Origin: an uncultured Geobacteraceae bacterium
Lineage (GTDB): Bacteria > Desulfobacterota > Desulfuromonadia > Geobacterales > Pseudopelobacteraceae
Length of the DNA stretch: 64,000 nucleotides
Reading direction: 5' to 3'
Assembly: GCA_903901875.1 (NCBI GenBank)
Contig: CAIUSO010000142.1
Span: forward strand, 9,836-73,835
The notes beneath the pieces are model-generated. The model worked only from the letters and a program-made list of their open reading frames with translations. It did not search any database and was not told where the DNA came from. Of this stretch, positions 36,492 through 46,243 are shown in pieces. A program made the translations under genes and the position numbers. The stretch's first letter is position 1. Each line of letters opens with the position of its first letter.

Positions 36492-39359
36492 ATGCCAGAA
36501 GTGACTGAAAAAATATTGCTTGTTGATGACTCTGTTATCGGGTTACAGACGTTGAGTGGTGCTCTTTCCGATGAGTATACCGTGTACCTTGCGACAAGTG
36601 GTGAAGTGGCACTTCGCCTGGCTGCTGCCAAACGCCCCGATCTTATTCTCCTCGATATTATCATGCCTGAGATGGACGGATATGAAGTCTGCCGTCGTCT
36701 GAAACAGCATGCCGATCTGGCGGATATTCCGGTAATCATGATTTCAGCACTGGATCATATAGATGACGAAATCCGCGGGTTGGAACTTGGTGCGATCGAT
36801 TTTATTTCCAAACCCTACAACATGGGGCTGGTTCGTATGCGGATACGCAACCAGATGCTGCTGAAACGGCAGAAAGAACAGATACTTCTTGATAAAGATG
36901 AGTTGAGGAATGAACGGCAGCGACTGTCGTATGTGATTGAGGGAACCCGTGCCGGCTCATGGGAGTGGAACCTGGAAACGGGGGAGGTTATTGTCAACGC
37001 CAGGTGGGCCCAGTTAATCGGCTATACACAAAAGGAGTTATCTCCCCTTACCTTTGGGAAATGGCAATTACTCTGCCATCCCGACGATGCTCAACGCAGT
37101 AACGCACAACTGGAAGCCCATGTACAAGACGAAGTGGATTACTACGAATGCGAAATGAGAATGCGCCACAGGGATGGCCATTGGGTGTGGGTACTGTCCC
37201 GGGGGAAAATAGCCTCTTGGAAAGAAGACGGAAAGCCGTTGTGGATGTTTGGTGCCATTACCGATTTGTCGGTCCGCAAGAATCTGGAAGAGAAGTTGCA
37301 AGATTCGCGAAAACGACTTCGTGACCTGTTTGAATCAACGCTCGACGCGATACTCATTATCGATTCAGAGAAAATTCTTAATTGCAATCCGGCGGCGGTT
37401 CGGCTCTTTGGTGCATGTTGCCGTGAAGATATCATCGGTCGGCGTCCAAGTGATCTTTCCCCCGAGCTGCAGTTTGATGGTGAAGACTCATTGAGTAAGG
37501 CGGAACGCCTGCTTGCCGGTGCGTTTTCAGAAGGGCTCCAGCACTTTGAGTGGCTTCACACCCGACTTGATACCGGGGGTACATTCATGGCAGAAGTACA
37601 CCTTCTGCCCATGGAGTTGGAACAACAGATGGTTCTGTCTGCCACGGTACGTGATATTTCCGCCCAGAAGCGGCTTGAAGCAGAGAATGCGCTGGCCCAT
37701 AAAGAGGTTGCGGAAAAGGCCCTCCAATACCAACAACTCTCTGAACGTTTTGCCTTTGCCACTGAAGCTGCCAAATGCGGTATCTGGGAATATGATGTGT
37801 CAACCGGTTATATGAGCTGGGATCGGCAGATGTACTTACTTTTTGGTCTGGAACGTGCTTTTTCGGAAGAGGTCTGTCACGTATTGCAGGGGATGGTTCA
37901 GCCGGAAGATCTTCTGCGTTTGAACGATGAGTTTGAGCGTGCACTGAAAGGTGAAGCTGCTTTCAATTCGGTTTTTACTGCTAACTGGACCAATGGTTCC
38001 CCCCACACGCTGAAAGCGGTTGCCGACGTAAAATATGATGAAGACGGTGCTCCCGCGAGAGTGATAGGAACCTGCTGGGATTGTACGGTATTCACCGAGG
38101 CGGAGAACAGCCTGCTTACCTTGGCGACCGAACTCGACCATATTAATATCGAACTGGCGGTCTCGTTGCAAAAAGCCGAGGAAGCCACCAGGGCCAAGAG
38201 TTATTTTTTATCCACCGTCAGCCATGAGATACGGACTCCGATGAATGGCGTAATTGGCCTCACAAGTCTGCTGCTCGATACCGAATTGTCTGCCGAACAA
38301 CGTGACTATGCCGAATCGGTAAGCCGAAGTGGTCATCATTTGTTGGAGTTGATTAATGACATTCTTGATTTTTCCAAGACTGAATCGGGAAAGATGGAGT
38401 TGGAACTGGTTGATTTTAACTTGAAACTTGTGGTTGACGATACTCTGGTGCCGCTTTCCACTTTGGCAAAGAAAAAAAATATCAGATTATCCAGCTCGAT
38501 TGCTTTGGAAGTACCAGCCTATCTCCATGGTGATCCAAGCAGGGTCAGGCAGATTGTGACAAACCTGACCGGTAATGCTCTGAAGTTTACAAAGGAGGGT
38601 GAGGTTTCCCTTACGGTGTCCATCGACCGTGAGGAGGGGGGTGATACGTACCTTCTGTTTGAGGTTAAAGATAGCGGGATTGGCATTCCGGAGTCGAGAC
38701 TGGCGGCCATTTTTGAACCTTTTACCCAGGAGAACAGCGCCACATCAACTACTTATGGGGGGACCGGCCTGGGATTGGCAATATGCAGGCAACTTGCCGA
38801 ATTGATGGGGGGCACCATTGGGGTGAAAAGTAAACGGGGCGAGGGGTCCACGTTTTGGTTTACCACCCGTTTCAGGCGCTGTACCCCTGAAGAAATCGCA
38901 GCGTTACATGGACCTGAGGTGGCAGTGGAATGTAGCGAAACCTCTCCTTCAGTTGCCAAAGAGAAGGTTCGAATCCTTTTGGCCGAAGATAATATTATTA
39001 ACCAGAAGGTGGCTAAAGGTATGTTACGCAGTATCGGGTATGACAAAGTTGATGTGGTCGCAAATGGCTATGAGGCATTACAGGCCCTTGAAACCATACC
39101 GTATGATCTCGTACTGATGGATTGTCAGATGCCCGAGATGGATGGGTTTGAGGCAACGGCCACCATCCGTGATTCCCAGTGGAAAATCCTTGATCCCACT
39201 ATCCCGATTATTGCCATGACGGCAAACGCCATGAGTGAAGATCGTGATGAGTGTTTGAAAGCCGGGATGGATGACTTTTTGACCAAACCGGTAAAAAAGG
39301 AAGTTATCGCGGCAATGCTTGATAAGTGGCTGAAGAGAGGCAGATGTGCCCATGACTGA
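36492..39359 (+). CDS. Hybrid sensor kinase: N-terminal receiver, PAS domains, HisKA/HATPase and C-terminal receiver
   Basis: ILLVDDSVIGLQ...DLILLDIIMPEMDG, PAS repeats, [25 protein letters not shown] and ILLAEDNIINQKV...DLVLMDCQMPEMDG. It starts 8 nt after the previous kinase. Confidence 0.9.
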   Translation: MPEVTEKILLVDDSVIGLQTLSGALSDEYTVYLATSGEVALRLAAAKRPDLILLDIIMPEMDGYEVCRRLKQHADLADIPVIMISALDHIDDEIRGLELGAIDFISKPYNMGLVRMRIRNQMLLKRQKEQILLDKDELRNERQRLSYVIEGTRAGSWEWNLETGEVIVNARWAQLIGYTQKELSPLTFGKWQLLCHPDDAQRSNAQLEAHVQDEVDYYECEMRMRHRDGHWVWVLSRGKIASWKEDGKPLWMFGAITDLSVRKNLEEKLQDSRKRLRDLFESTLDAILIIDSEKILNCNPAAVRLFGACCREDIIGRRPSDLSPELQFDGEDSLSKAERLLAGAFSEGLQHFEWLHTRLDTGGTFMAEVHLLPMELEQQMVLSATVRDISAQKRLEAENALAHKEVAEKALQYQQLSERFAFATEAAKCGIWEYDVSTGYMSWDRQMYLLFGLERAFSEEVCHVLQGMVQPEDLLRLNDEFERALKGEAAFNSVFTANWTNGSPHTLKAVADVKYDEDGAPARVIGTCWDCTVFTEAENSLLTLATELDHINIELAVSLQKAEEATRAKSYFLSTVSHEIRTPMNGVIGLTSLLLDTELSAEQRDYAESVSRSGHHLLELINDILDFSKTESGKMELELVDFNLKLVVDDTLVPLSTLAKKKNIRLSSSIALEVPAYLHGDPSRVRQIVTNLTGNALKFTKEGEVSLTVSIDREEGGDTYLLFEVKDSGIGIPESRLAAIFEPFTQENSATSTTYGGTGLGLAICRQLAELMGGTIGVKSKRGEGSTFWFTTRFRRCTPEEIAALHGPEVAVECSETSPSVAKEKVRILLAEDNIINQKVAKGMLRSIGYDKVDVVANGYEALQALETIPYDLVLMDCQMPEMDGFEATATIRDSQWKILDPTIPIIAMTANAMSEDRDECLKAGMDDFLTKPVKKEVIAAMLDKWLKRGRCAHD

Positions 39360-39388
39360 TCTCAGTGGAGTTCGATCAATTTTCCTCG

Positions 39389-40558
39389 CTATCGGATGAA
39401 CTGTATCCGATCGTCTATGTCTGTCAGTTTTTCGCCTCCGTTGTCTGTTACTGCAAAGGTGTTCTCAATTCCGATGACACCTCTGCCGGGAAAGACAAAC
39501 TTGGGTTCGATGGCGATTACGTGCCCCTCCTGTAGCGGCACTTTGAAACCCTGGGCAAGCACGGGAAATTCATCGAGCTCCAGACCGACACCATGGCCAA
39601 CGAACTTTGCCTGTTCTCCCGGCATCCCCATGAAATATGCACCAAGGCCACCGCTGTTTGCAATTTCTCCGGCCTGTGCAAACAGTTCTTCACAGATAGC
39701 ACCCGGTTTCAGGTTCCTCTGGAGGTGGTCTTGAATCTGCAAAGCCAGATCAAATGCCTGTTGCAGCTCCGGATCGAGTGTTCCGATGACAAATATTCGC
39801 GTCATGTCGGTAATGTAGCCATTGAACACGCCGGTAAAATCAATCATGATGGGACTGTTCTCACAGAGAATTTCGCGGGATGCACCATGTGGGGAAGCGT
39901 TGGAAAGCCCCTTGCCGGTTACCGCACCGTCAAAGAAACCATAGCTTGTTCCCCCGGAAGAGACAGCCAGACCTCCATAAATTTCCTGATTAAATGCTCT
40001 CATTCGAACATATCCCTCATTGCCGATTTTGCGCAACCGATACTCAAATTCAGCAGCTAGGTCAAGCTCACGCATGCCGGTCTTGAGGAACTCCGGTACC
40101 ATTGTAAAAACTGAGCTGAGACTCGTACCGGAGAGACGGAGCTGGTCGAGTTCGAATGCGGACTTAACGGAGCGAACCTGGCGATTTTCCGCCGATATAT
40201 CGATGAATTCACGTCCCGGCAACAGTTTTGAGTAATAATTCAGCTGCTGAACCGGGGCCACATCAAAGGTAAAGCCTATTTTCAGCACATCCTCACTGAA
40301 CAGTGCGGGAAAATCTTTGCTTGAGGGAAAAGGGCGAATGTCAGTCAGAGGACTTTCTTCTTTGGCGCGGAGCAATGACTTGCGTACCATCAGAACCGGC
40401 TCTCCATCTGCCGGTATCCAGAGAGTTCCGTTTTGACGTGTTCCGGAAAAATAATAGACGTCAATCGGGAAAATAAACAGCGCACCATCAACCCCTTTAC
40501 CCTGCAGCTGCGCCTGTATGGTTGCTATTCTTTCCATCATTTCATGGTGTGTTACCAT
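39389..40558 (-). CDS. M24 family Xaa-Pro peptidase
   Basis: Creatinase/prolidase N-domain plus the pita-bread motifs IDFTGVFNGYITDMTR and HGVGLELDEFP. 389 aa. Confidence 0.85.
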   Translation of the reverse strand: MVTHHEMMERIATIQAQLQGKGVDGALFIFPIDVYYFSGTRQNGTLWIPADGEPVLMVRKSLLRAKEESPLTDIRPFPSSKDFPALFSEDVLKIGFTFDVAPVQQLNYYSKLLPGREFIDISAENRQVRSVKSAFELDQLRLSGTSLSSVFTMVPEFLKTGMRELDLAAEFEYRLRKIGNEGYVRMRAFNQEIYGGLAVSSGGTSYGFFDGAVTGKGLSNASPHGASREILCENSPIMIDFTGVFNGYITDMTRIFVIGTLDPELQQAFDLALQIQDHLQRNLKPGAICEELFAQAGEIANSGGLGAYFMGMPGEQAKFVGHGVGLELDEFPVLAQGFKVPLQEGHVIAIEPKFVFPGRGVIGIENTFAVTDNGGEKLTDIDDRIQFIR

Positions 40559-40610
40559 TGATCATCCCTCCCTTTTATTCCATTGATTGTAGAGCCAGTT
40601 GCAAATAAAT

Positions 40611-40686
40611 TGTCATCCCCGAATGCCGTTATCGGGGATCCAGGTTTTTCAGACAGGTAGGATCTTAAAGCCTGCCGGAATGACAT
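40611..40686. repeat. REP-like palindromic intergenic element
   Basis: Hairpin ATCCCCGA atgccgtta TCGGGGAT lies at 40615-40639. Outer arms are TGTCAT (40611-16) and ATGACA (40680-85). It resembles the GTCATTCCCG...CGGGAATGAC class of extragenic repeats. Confidence 0.4.
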
Positions 40687-40756
40687 CGTTTTGAGTTCAC
40701 ACGGTGTCTGGTAACCTTCTTCGCCAGAGTGTGGTTTAGTGAAGGTGACTGGCACT

Positions 40757-40970
40757 GTATATTTTCATTAACGTAAATGTCAACATAAACAACGTAATAA
40801 ATATATCTAAAATAAATATTTATATTTCATTATTGTATTATAATATGATGACATTATAGATATTAATAATAAAATAATGTTATTTTTTATAAATTGACTG
40901 TTTAATTACACCATAAAAACCACAAAATAAAGGTCTTGAGAATAAATAATTTAAAGGAATACTCATTATG
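40757..40970. other. Strongly AT-rich intergenic tract
   Basis: About 210 bp is almost devoid of G/C runs (ATAAATATATCTAAAATAAATATTTATATTTCATTATTG...). It lies between the pirin stop and the M24 peptidase start, and the flanks are near 50% GC. Confidence 0.6.
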
Positions 40971-41045
40971 TTTCTGGTGAATTCAGGAGTGCGAGAGGTT
41001 TATGACAGGGGGAATGGATTATATGTATGTGGTATGATACTTACG

Positions 41046-41897
41046 TCACTGTTTGATAAAGGTCCCTTTTTCGTACTCTTTAAAGGCCAGTTGTAACTCT
41101 TCGCGGCTGTTCATAACGATCGGTCCGCCCCAGGCGACCGGTTCGCCAAGTGGTTTTCCGGAGACCAGTACGAAACGGACAATGCCATTTCCCGTCTCGA
41201 CTTTGACAGCATCACCTTCGCTTCCGAACAGCAGTACGGTCTCCTGGTGGTATTCTTTTCCCGATTCGTCGAATAAAGCCCCCCCCGAAAGCAGATAGAC
41301 GAATACCGTGTGACCTGCCGGCAGGGGATGCTCGTACAGCGTACCGGCAGGAATGGTAATATCCAGCATCTCCGGTTCGATGATGATGTCCTTCACCGGT
41401 CCTTCAACGCCATTAACCGATCCTGCGATGATCTTTACCGTTACGCCTCCCGTCAGGGTCACTTCCGGGATATCGGCCGCTTTCACATCCTGATACCGCG
41501 GCGGCATCATCTTGCGGTCGGCAGGCAGGTTGGCCCAGAACTGTAATCCCCACATCGTGCCGGTGGGGCTCTCCTGGGGCATTTCCTGGTGGATGACACC
41601 GCTGCCGGCGGTCATCCACTGGACGTCACCGGCCCCGATAGTCCCCGTATTGCCCATGCTGTCACCATGTTCAACCATTCCCTCCAACAGATAGGTGATG
41701 GTCTCGATCCCCCGATGGGGATGCCACGGAAAGCCGGCCAGGTAATCAGCCGGGTCAGACGAGTGGAAATCATCAAGCATCAGAAACGGGTCGAAGCGGG
41801 GAGCCTGCCCATGGCCAAAGCCACGTTTGAGGCGAACACCGGCCCCTTCCATGGTGGGGATGCTCTGCAATGCCTCCTTGATTTTACGATATGACAT
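41046..41897 (-). CDS. Pirin family protein
   Basis: GFPWHPHRGIETITYLLEGMVEHGDSMGN and QWMTAGSGVIHQE are cupin metal-site motifs of pirins. Confidence 0.9.
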   Translation of the reverse strand: MSYRKIKEALQSIPTMEGAGVRLKRGFGHGQAPRFDPFLMLDDFHSSDPADYLAGFPWHPHRGIETITYLLEGMVEHGDSMGNTGTIGAGDVQWMTAGSGVIHQEMPQESPTGTMWGLQFWANLPADRKMMPPRYQDVKAADIPEVTLTGGVTVKIIAGSVNGVEGPVKDIIIEPEMLDITIPAGTLYEHPLPAGHTVFVYLLSGGALFDESGKEYHQETVLLFGSEGDAVKVETGNGIVRFVLVSGKPLGEPVAWGGPIVMNSREELQLAFKEYEKGTFIKQ

Positions 41898-41906
41898 GAA
41901 TGACTC

Positions 41907-44372
41907 CTAGAATGCCGTCACAACGTGACTCGTTTTAAACCACGATGCCATGTGGGATAACTCGGCTGCAATCTTGCCAAGTTCATCTGATGCATGGTTT
42001 ATCTCGTGCATCGATTGTTCCGCTTTGTGGGTAATGCCGGCAATGTCTACCATACTGGAAGCAACCTGTTGGGCCGTGACCGATTCTTCCTCGGTGGCAG
42101 TGGCTATCCGGTTGACCATTGCTGCGCCACGGCCAGACGCTTCCACGATGTCATCAAGGGACTGACGTGCTTCATTTGCAAGCTTGACCCCATCCACAAC
42201 GCGACCATTGCCGATTTCCATAGCCACAACCGATTTGTTGGTTACCGCCTGAATGTCCAATATCATGTTGGATATTTGGGCGGTAGCCTCCGTAGTTCTG
42301 GTGGCGAGCTTGCGTACCTCATCGGCAACGACGGAGAATCCCTTGCCGACCTCTCCGGCACGGGCCGCTTCGATTGCAGCATTCAGGGCGAGCAGATTCG
42401 TCTGGTCAGCAATGTCGTTGATAACTCCAATGATAGAACCAATCTGCTCAGAGCTTGATCCAAGTGCCTTGATATGACCGGCCGCCTCTTCAACAGCGGC
42501 AGCTATCTGCTCCATTCCCTGAACGGCTCTACCCACCACATGACTACCGTTTGCCGCCTTGTCCAGGGCTAGTCGTGAAGCGTCGGCGGCACCAACTGCA
42601 TGGTCGGCAACCTCTGCGATTGTATGGCTCATATCGGTGAGCGCCGTTGCTGAGTTTGTCGTCTGACGACTCTGCTCCTGGGCCCCCGAAGACAGTTCCC
42701 GTGCTGTACTGGTCAGTTGTGATGAGTTTGAGGCAAGATTAGAAATAGTAATGGTTAGTTTATTTGCCATTTCAAGAAGCCGTTTGCTTGCCTGATTAAA
42801 GTGTATTCCCAACTCACCAAACTCATCTTTCCGGCTCTCATCGAGCAGTTTGGTAAAGTTACCATCGCCAAATTCACCGGCGAGAACAGTAAGCTCGTCA
42901 ATGGGGCGAAACAGGGTGCGGTTGAGCAATATGGCGAAGAAAACTCCGGTGAGCAGTGAGCCGATCCCTATCACGATAACAAGAATTATTGAGTTGCGAC
43001 TCATATCGTTTACCGACGCAATGGCCTTTTCCTGATCGCCAAGTGCAGCAGAAATAGTTAAACGACCTTTTGCTGCCTGAGCATCAATCTGCTGTCGTAC
43101 CCTGGTATTGAGTCGCACCGCCTCCTCGGTCATGGCAATTCTTTTTCGAACTTTTACAATATAGCCCTCTTCACCACTGATGTTCTGCCGGGCGGTCTGA
43201 AACGATGCGACGGCATTTCTCAAAAGCCCGACCTCTTTCTGTGCGGAAAGACGGCCAAGGAGCTGCTCCATGTTTTTACGAAGGACATCGGCCCGTGCAA
43301 AAGCAATATTCAGCTCATTTTGAGCCGAATCCACATCATTACTCCCTTTTGCCAGTGCCAGATGATCTGCCATATGGGCCAGCGTAATGCTGAGGGAAAG
43401 AAATTCAGCCATACCCAGGCGGATATTTGTTGCCGTATTGGCAGCACCATAGCTCATGCCCAATTGATCATCTTCCCGTTTGTTTTTGTCGGTAAAGGCC
43501 GTTGTGGTCTGATCAATTTCAACTTGAATAAGAGAGTTTTTTTCTCCGAGTTCTGCATTAATAACATCGATACGGGACTTTGCAGTCACATCACCCGTCG
43601 CGGCATTTTTGAGTTTGATCAGTTCGTCAACAAGCTCGGCCATTTTCTTTAATTCGTCTGTAAGTTTACGGGAGTTTTTCGGATAACTGCATTGATAGGC
43701 TTTTGAGAGAGCAACGCTGTAACGGCTCCGCGCAAGCAATACTCCTTTACGGTCTGCCGCCTTCTGGACATCGGCTATGGTATGGAGAAGTTCGTTGAGA
43801 TATATCTTAAACGTTTCAACATCACGCAGATGGGTGACGGAAATCTTGCTCTCCTTCAGTGAGCCGGAGTAGACCGAACTTCGGTCTTCCTGAAGTTTTT
43901 TGATACGGCCGTCAAGTTCCTTAATGTTGGTTTCTACCTTATCAAGCACCTCATAGAGTTTGGTATCCGCATCGGAAGAATCCGCTTCCGCCTTAAGGCG
44001 GCTTTCAGTTACGCTGAATAATTCGCGGGCACTCTTCTCCATCTCATTGTACGCGGTATTGTCGTCACTCTTGAGTGCCTGCAACTGTTCATTACTCGTC
44101 TTTAGCTCATTCAAAGCCTTGTCTGCCTGTACCCGTGCTTCCTGGTATTCCTTATTGCTGCGGGTGATCGAAGTCTCTACCAGTTCACCGCCCACTCTCT
44201 GGAGTGCTCGCTGGAACTCTGCAGTCCGCGTCTGATAAGGGGCACTCTGCTGGGTAAGATAGGTAAGCTTGCTCCTCACAAAGGACATGCCGACCACACT
44301 TGATGCTACCACGGCGGTGATGACCACGGAAATCATAAGCAGGTTCAGATGAAGTTTAGTCCGTATTCTCAA
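41907..44372 (-). CDS. Methyl-accepting chemotaxis protein with a long helical N-terminal sensor region
   Basis: TTG start with AAGGAG upstream, two TM segments and HAMP. The signalling hairpin reads [37 protein letters not shown]. 821 aa. Confidence 0.9.
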   Translation of the reverse strand: MRIRTKLHLNLLMISVVITAVVASSVVGMSFVRSKLTYLTQQSAPYQTRTAEFQRALQRVGGELVETSITRSNKEYQEARVQADKALNELKTSNEQLQALKSDDNTAYNEMEKSARELFSVTESRLKAEADSSDADTKLYEVLDKVETNIKELDGRIKKLQEDRSSVYSGSLKESKISVTHLRDVETFKIYLNELLHTIADVQKAADRKGVLLARSRYSVALSKAYQCSYPKNSRKLTDELKKMAELVDELIKLKNAATGDVTAKSRIDVINAELGEKNSLIQVEIDQTTTAFTDKNKREDDQLGMSYGAANTATNIRLGMAEFLSLSITLAHMADHLALAKGSNDVDSAQNELNIAFARADVLRKNMEQLLGRLSAQKEVGLLRNAVASFQTARQNISGEEGYIVKVRKRIAMTEEAVRLNTRVRQQIDAQAAKGRLTISAALGDQEKAIASVNDMSRNSIILVIVIGIGSLLTGVFFAILLNRTLFRPIDELTVLAGEFGDGNFTKLLDESRKDEFGELGIHFNQASKRLLEMANKLTITISNLASNSSQLTSTARELSSGAQEQSRQTTNSATALTDMSHTIAEVADHAVGAADASRLALDKAANGSHVVGRAVQGMEQIAAAVEEAAGHIKALGSSSEQIGSIIGVINDIADQTNLLALNAAIEAARAGEVGKGFSVVADEVRKLATRTTEATAQISNMILDIQAVTNKSVVAMEIGNGRVVDGVKLANEARQSLDDIVEASGRGAAMVNRIATATEEESVTAQQVASSMVDIAGITHKAEQSMHEINHASDELGKIAAELSHMASWFKTSHVVTAF

Positions 44373-44427
44373 TGGTAGTTCTCCTTAAATCATATACCGT
44401 GCAACACGTCATTGTGCTTCATACGGA

Positions 44428-45189
44428 CTATTTGATGATGTATTTAGTGCCGGCACCACTGACATATGAGAGGAGCTTTTGAACTTTAGCGGTCGGTTTA
44501 CCCTTGGTGACGACGATAACATCGGAACTTAACGGCGGTTCAGTGGCAATCGTTTTCACCGTACCATCGACGCCCAGCGCAAACGGGTCAATGCCGATTG
44601 CCTCGGGGGTTGCCGCCACCGTGTCCTTAATGCCAAAATAATCGGTCGTATCAATAATGTCTTTCAAAACCGGTTCACCATCAAGAATTATCTTGCTGAA
44701 CTGGGCATTTTGACCCGGAGTAAGCTTGCCCCACGCAACGAGAATCGGTGTGTCAGAGCCGCCAACCTCTTTCCAGCTCACTATTTTTCCGGTGAAAATC
44801 CCCTTCACCTGCTCCTTTGTCAACGCTTGCACAGGGTTTGAGGGGTGAACCAGCAAAACCGTACGATTTTTAGCCACGACCCTGCTCTCCAGCAATGCGG
44901 TATCGACTTTTACCCCTTCTTTTTCTGCACCCTTCACCATTGAGTCGAAGGGGACTGCTGCCGTAGCAATATCCACCGTACCATTGAGAAGATCGATCAA
45001 GCCGTTCTTGGGGGTACTTTGTGCAATAACCATGATTCCCCCGGTATCCTTTTCAAAATGGGCTTTAACCGGTCTGAAAACCGTAGCCATGGAAGCACCG
45101 CCACCGCCAACCCTGACTTCATCGGCTCCAAACAGAGCCGTGGCGGACATTGCACCGACCAACAGAGTTATCATTGTTGTACGAATCAT
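44428..45189 (-). CDS. Periplasmic PstS-like (PBP_like_2) substrate-binding protein
   Basis: Signal peptide, GGGASMATVF, VDIATAA, and IFTGKIVSWKEVGG typical of phosphate-binding-fold proteins. AAGGAG RBS. Confidence 0.7.
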   Translation of the reverse strand: MIRTTMITLLVGAMSATALFGADEVRVGGGGASMATVFRPVKAHFEKDTGGIMVIAQSTPKNGLIDLLNGTVDIATAAVPFDSMVKGAEKEGVKVDTALLESRVVAKNRTVLLVHPSNPVQALTKEQVKGIFTGKIVSWKEVGGSDTPILVAWGKLTPGQNAQFSKIILDGEPVLKDIIDTTDYFGIKDTVAATPEAIGIDPFALGVDGTVKTIATEPPLSSDVIVVTKGKPTAKVQKLLSYVSGAGTKYIIK

Positions 45190-45340
45190 AGCATTCTCCT
45201 TTGTTTGCTTTATTTAAATTTATTTAATTAAATTTATATTGTATACACCATTGTAGGTAAAGAAAGCATTTTTGTAAAGTTCAAATTTTATTCAGTTGTG
45301 TCCGGTTAGAAAATTGCACGGCGAAAAAATCTGCCTTATC

Positions 45341-45438
45341 CCCTCATCGGGCCTTCGGACACTTTCTCCCGGGGGGAGAAGGGTTGCGTTTTTTTCCTTC
45401 TCCCTCTGGGAGAAGGTGCCCGTCAGGGCCGATGAGGG
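45341..45438. repeat. Compound palindromic element: outer stem enclosing two TTCTCCC/GGGAGAA hairpins
   Basis: Outer stem CCCTCATCGG (45341-50) pairs with CCGATGAGGG (45429-38). Hairpin A is TTCTCCC ggg GGGAGAA (45364-80). Hairpin B is CCTTCTCCC tct GGGAGAAGG (45396-416). A T7 run lies between them. Confidence 0.5.
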
Positions 45439-45502
45439 CGAACAGTGGCCCCACGGAAAATCTGAACAACGCTGAATTTGAGTAGTAGTAGCTCAAAAAC
45501 TC

Positions 45503-45531
45503 TTGACAGACAGAATAAAAATGCATATGGT
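45503..45531 (+). promoter_or_regulatory. Candidate lexA promoter
   Basis: TTGACA at 45503-08, a 17-nt spacer, then TATGGT at 45526-31. Confidence 0.5.
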
Positions 45532-45545
45532 AGTCATATGACTAC
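45530..45545. promoter_or_regulatory. Candidate LexA operator (perfect 16-bp palindrome)
   Basis: GTAGTCATATGACTAC overlaps the -10 end and the lexA ATG (45538). Confidence 0.55.
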
Positions 45546-46164
45546 CTACGAAAGAAAAAATCAGGATGAACTCACTCAGCGCCAACGGCAGGTACTGCAG
45601 TTCATCACGACATTCGCGGACAGCAACGGTTATCCTCCCAGTCAGCGGGAAATTGCCGCACACTTGAATGTGTCCGGCACCTTGCCCGTTATGAAGCATC
45701 TTGACGCCCTGGAGCGGAAGGGATATCTGAAACGAGACAGCTTGAACCGCGGGATCACACTCAAAGTGCAGGGGAGTCGTCACCTGTCATTGCCGATAGT
45801 TGGAACCGTTCGCGCCGGACAACTCTCCACCGCAATTGAAGACGTTCAGGGGTATTTTTCTGTCGATCAGATGGCGGTCAAGGGAAACGATTGTTTCTTT
45901 CTGAAGGTGAGTGGTGACTCCATGATTACTGCGGGCATTCTGGACGGAGATCTGGCACTGGTCCGCCCCCAGGTCACCGCAGAGAACAAGGATATAGTGG
46001 TTGCCATGCTTGACGGGGAGGCAACCGTCAAACGGTTTTTCAAGGAACATGACCATATTCGTCTCCAACCGGAAAATCCCACCATGAAACCAATCCTCAT
46101 TTATCCTGAAGATGGTGAGATGAGGGTGGTCGGCAGGGTAATAGGCATTTACCGGCAACTGTAG
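45538..46164 (+). CDS. lexA: LexA repressor
   Basis: LTQRQRQVLQFI...GYPPSQREIA (winged HTH), cleavage-site region VRAGQL (Ala-Gly), and the S24 peptidase motifs VSGDSM and ATVKRF. I take the start at MTTYERK inside the track ORF because the promoter lies within the longer ORF. Confidence 0.9.
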   Translation: MTTYERKNQDELTQRQRQVLQFITTFADSNGYPPSQREIAAHLNVSGTLPVMKHLDALERKGYLKRDSLNRGITLKVQGSRHLSLPIVGTVRAGQLSTAIEDVQGYFSVDQMAVKGNDCFFLKVSGDSMITAGILDGDLALVRPQVTAENKDIVVAMLDGEATVKRFFKEHDHIRLQPENPTMKPILIYPEDGEMRVVGRVIGIYRQL

Positions 46165-46243
46165 CATCTGGGAAAAATACGATCTTGTTTCCTCTCGGAG
46201 TTTCCGGTTGGAACCTATCTTAACGAATAACAGGAGGAGTCTC

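Noticed and set aside
45478-45537. The longer lexA ORF start (MSSSSSKTLDRQNKNAYGSH...)
   Set aside because: The extension contains the TTGACA/TATGGT promoter and the palindromic operator. The canonical LexA N-terminus begins at the ATG at 45538.
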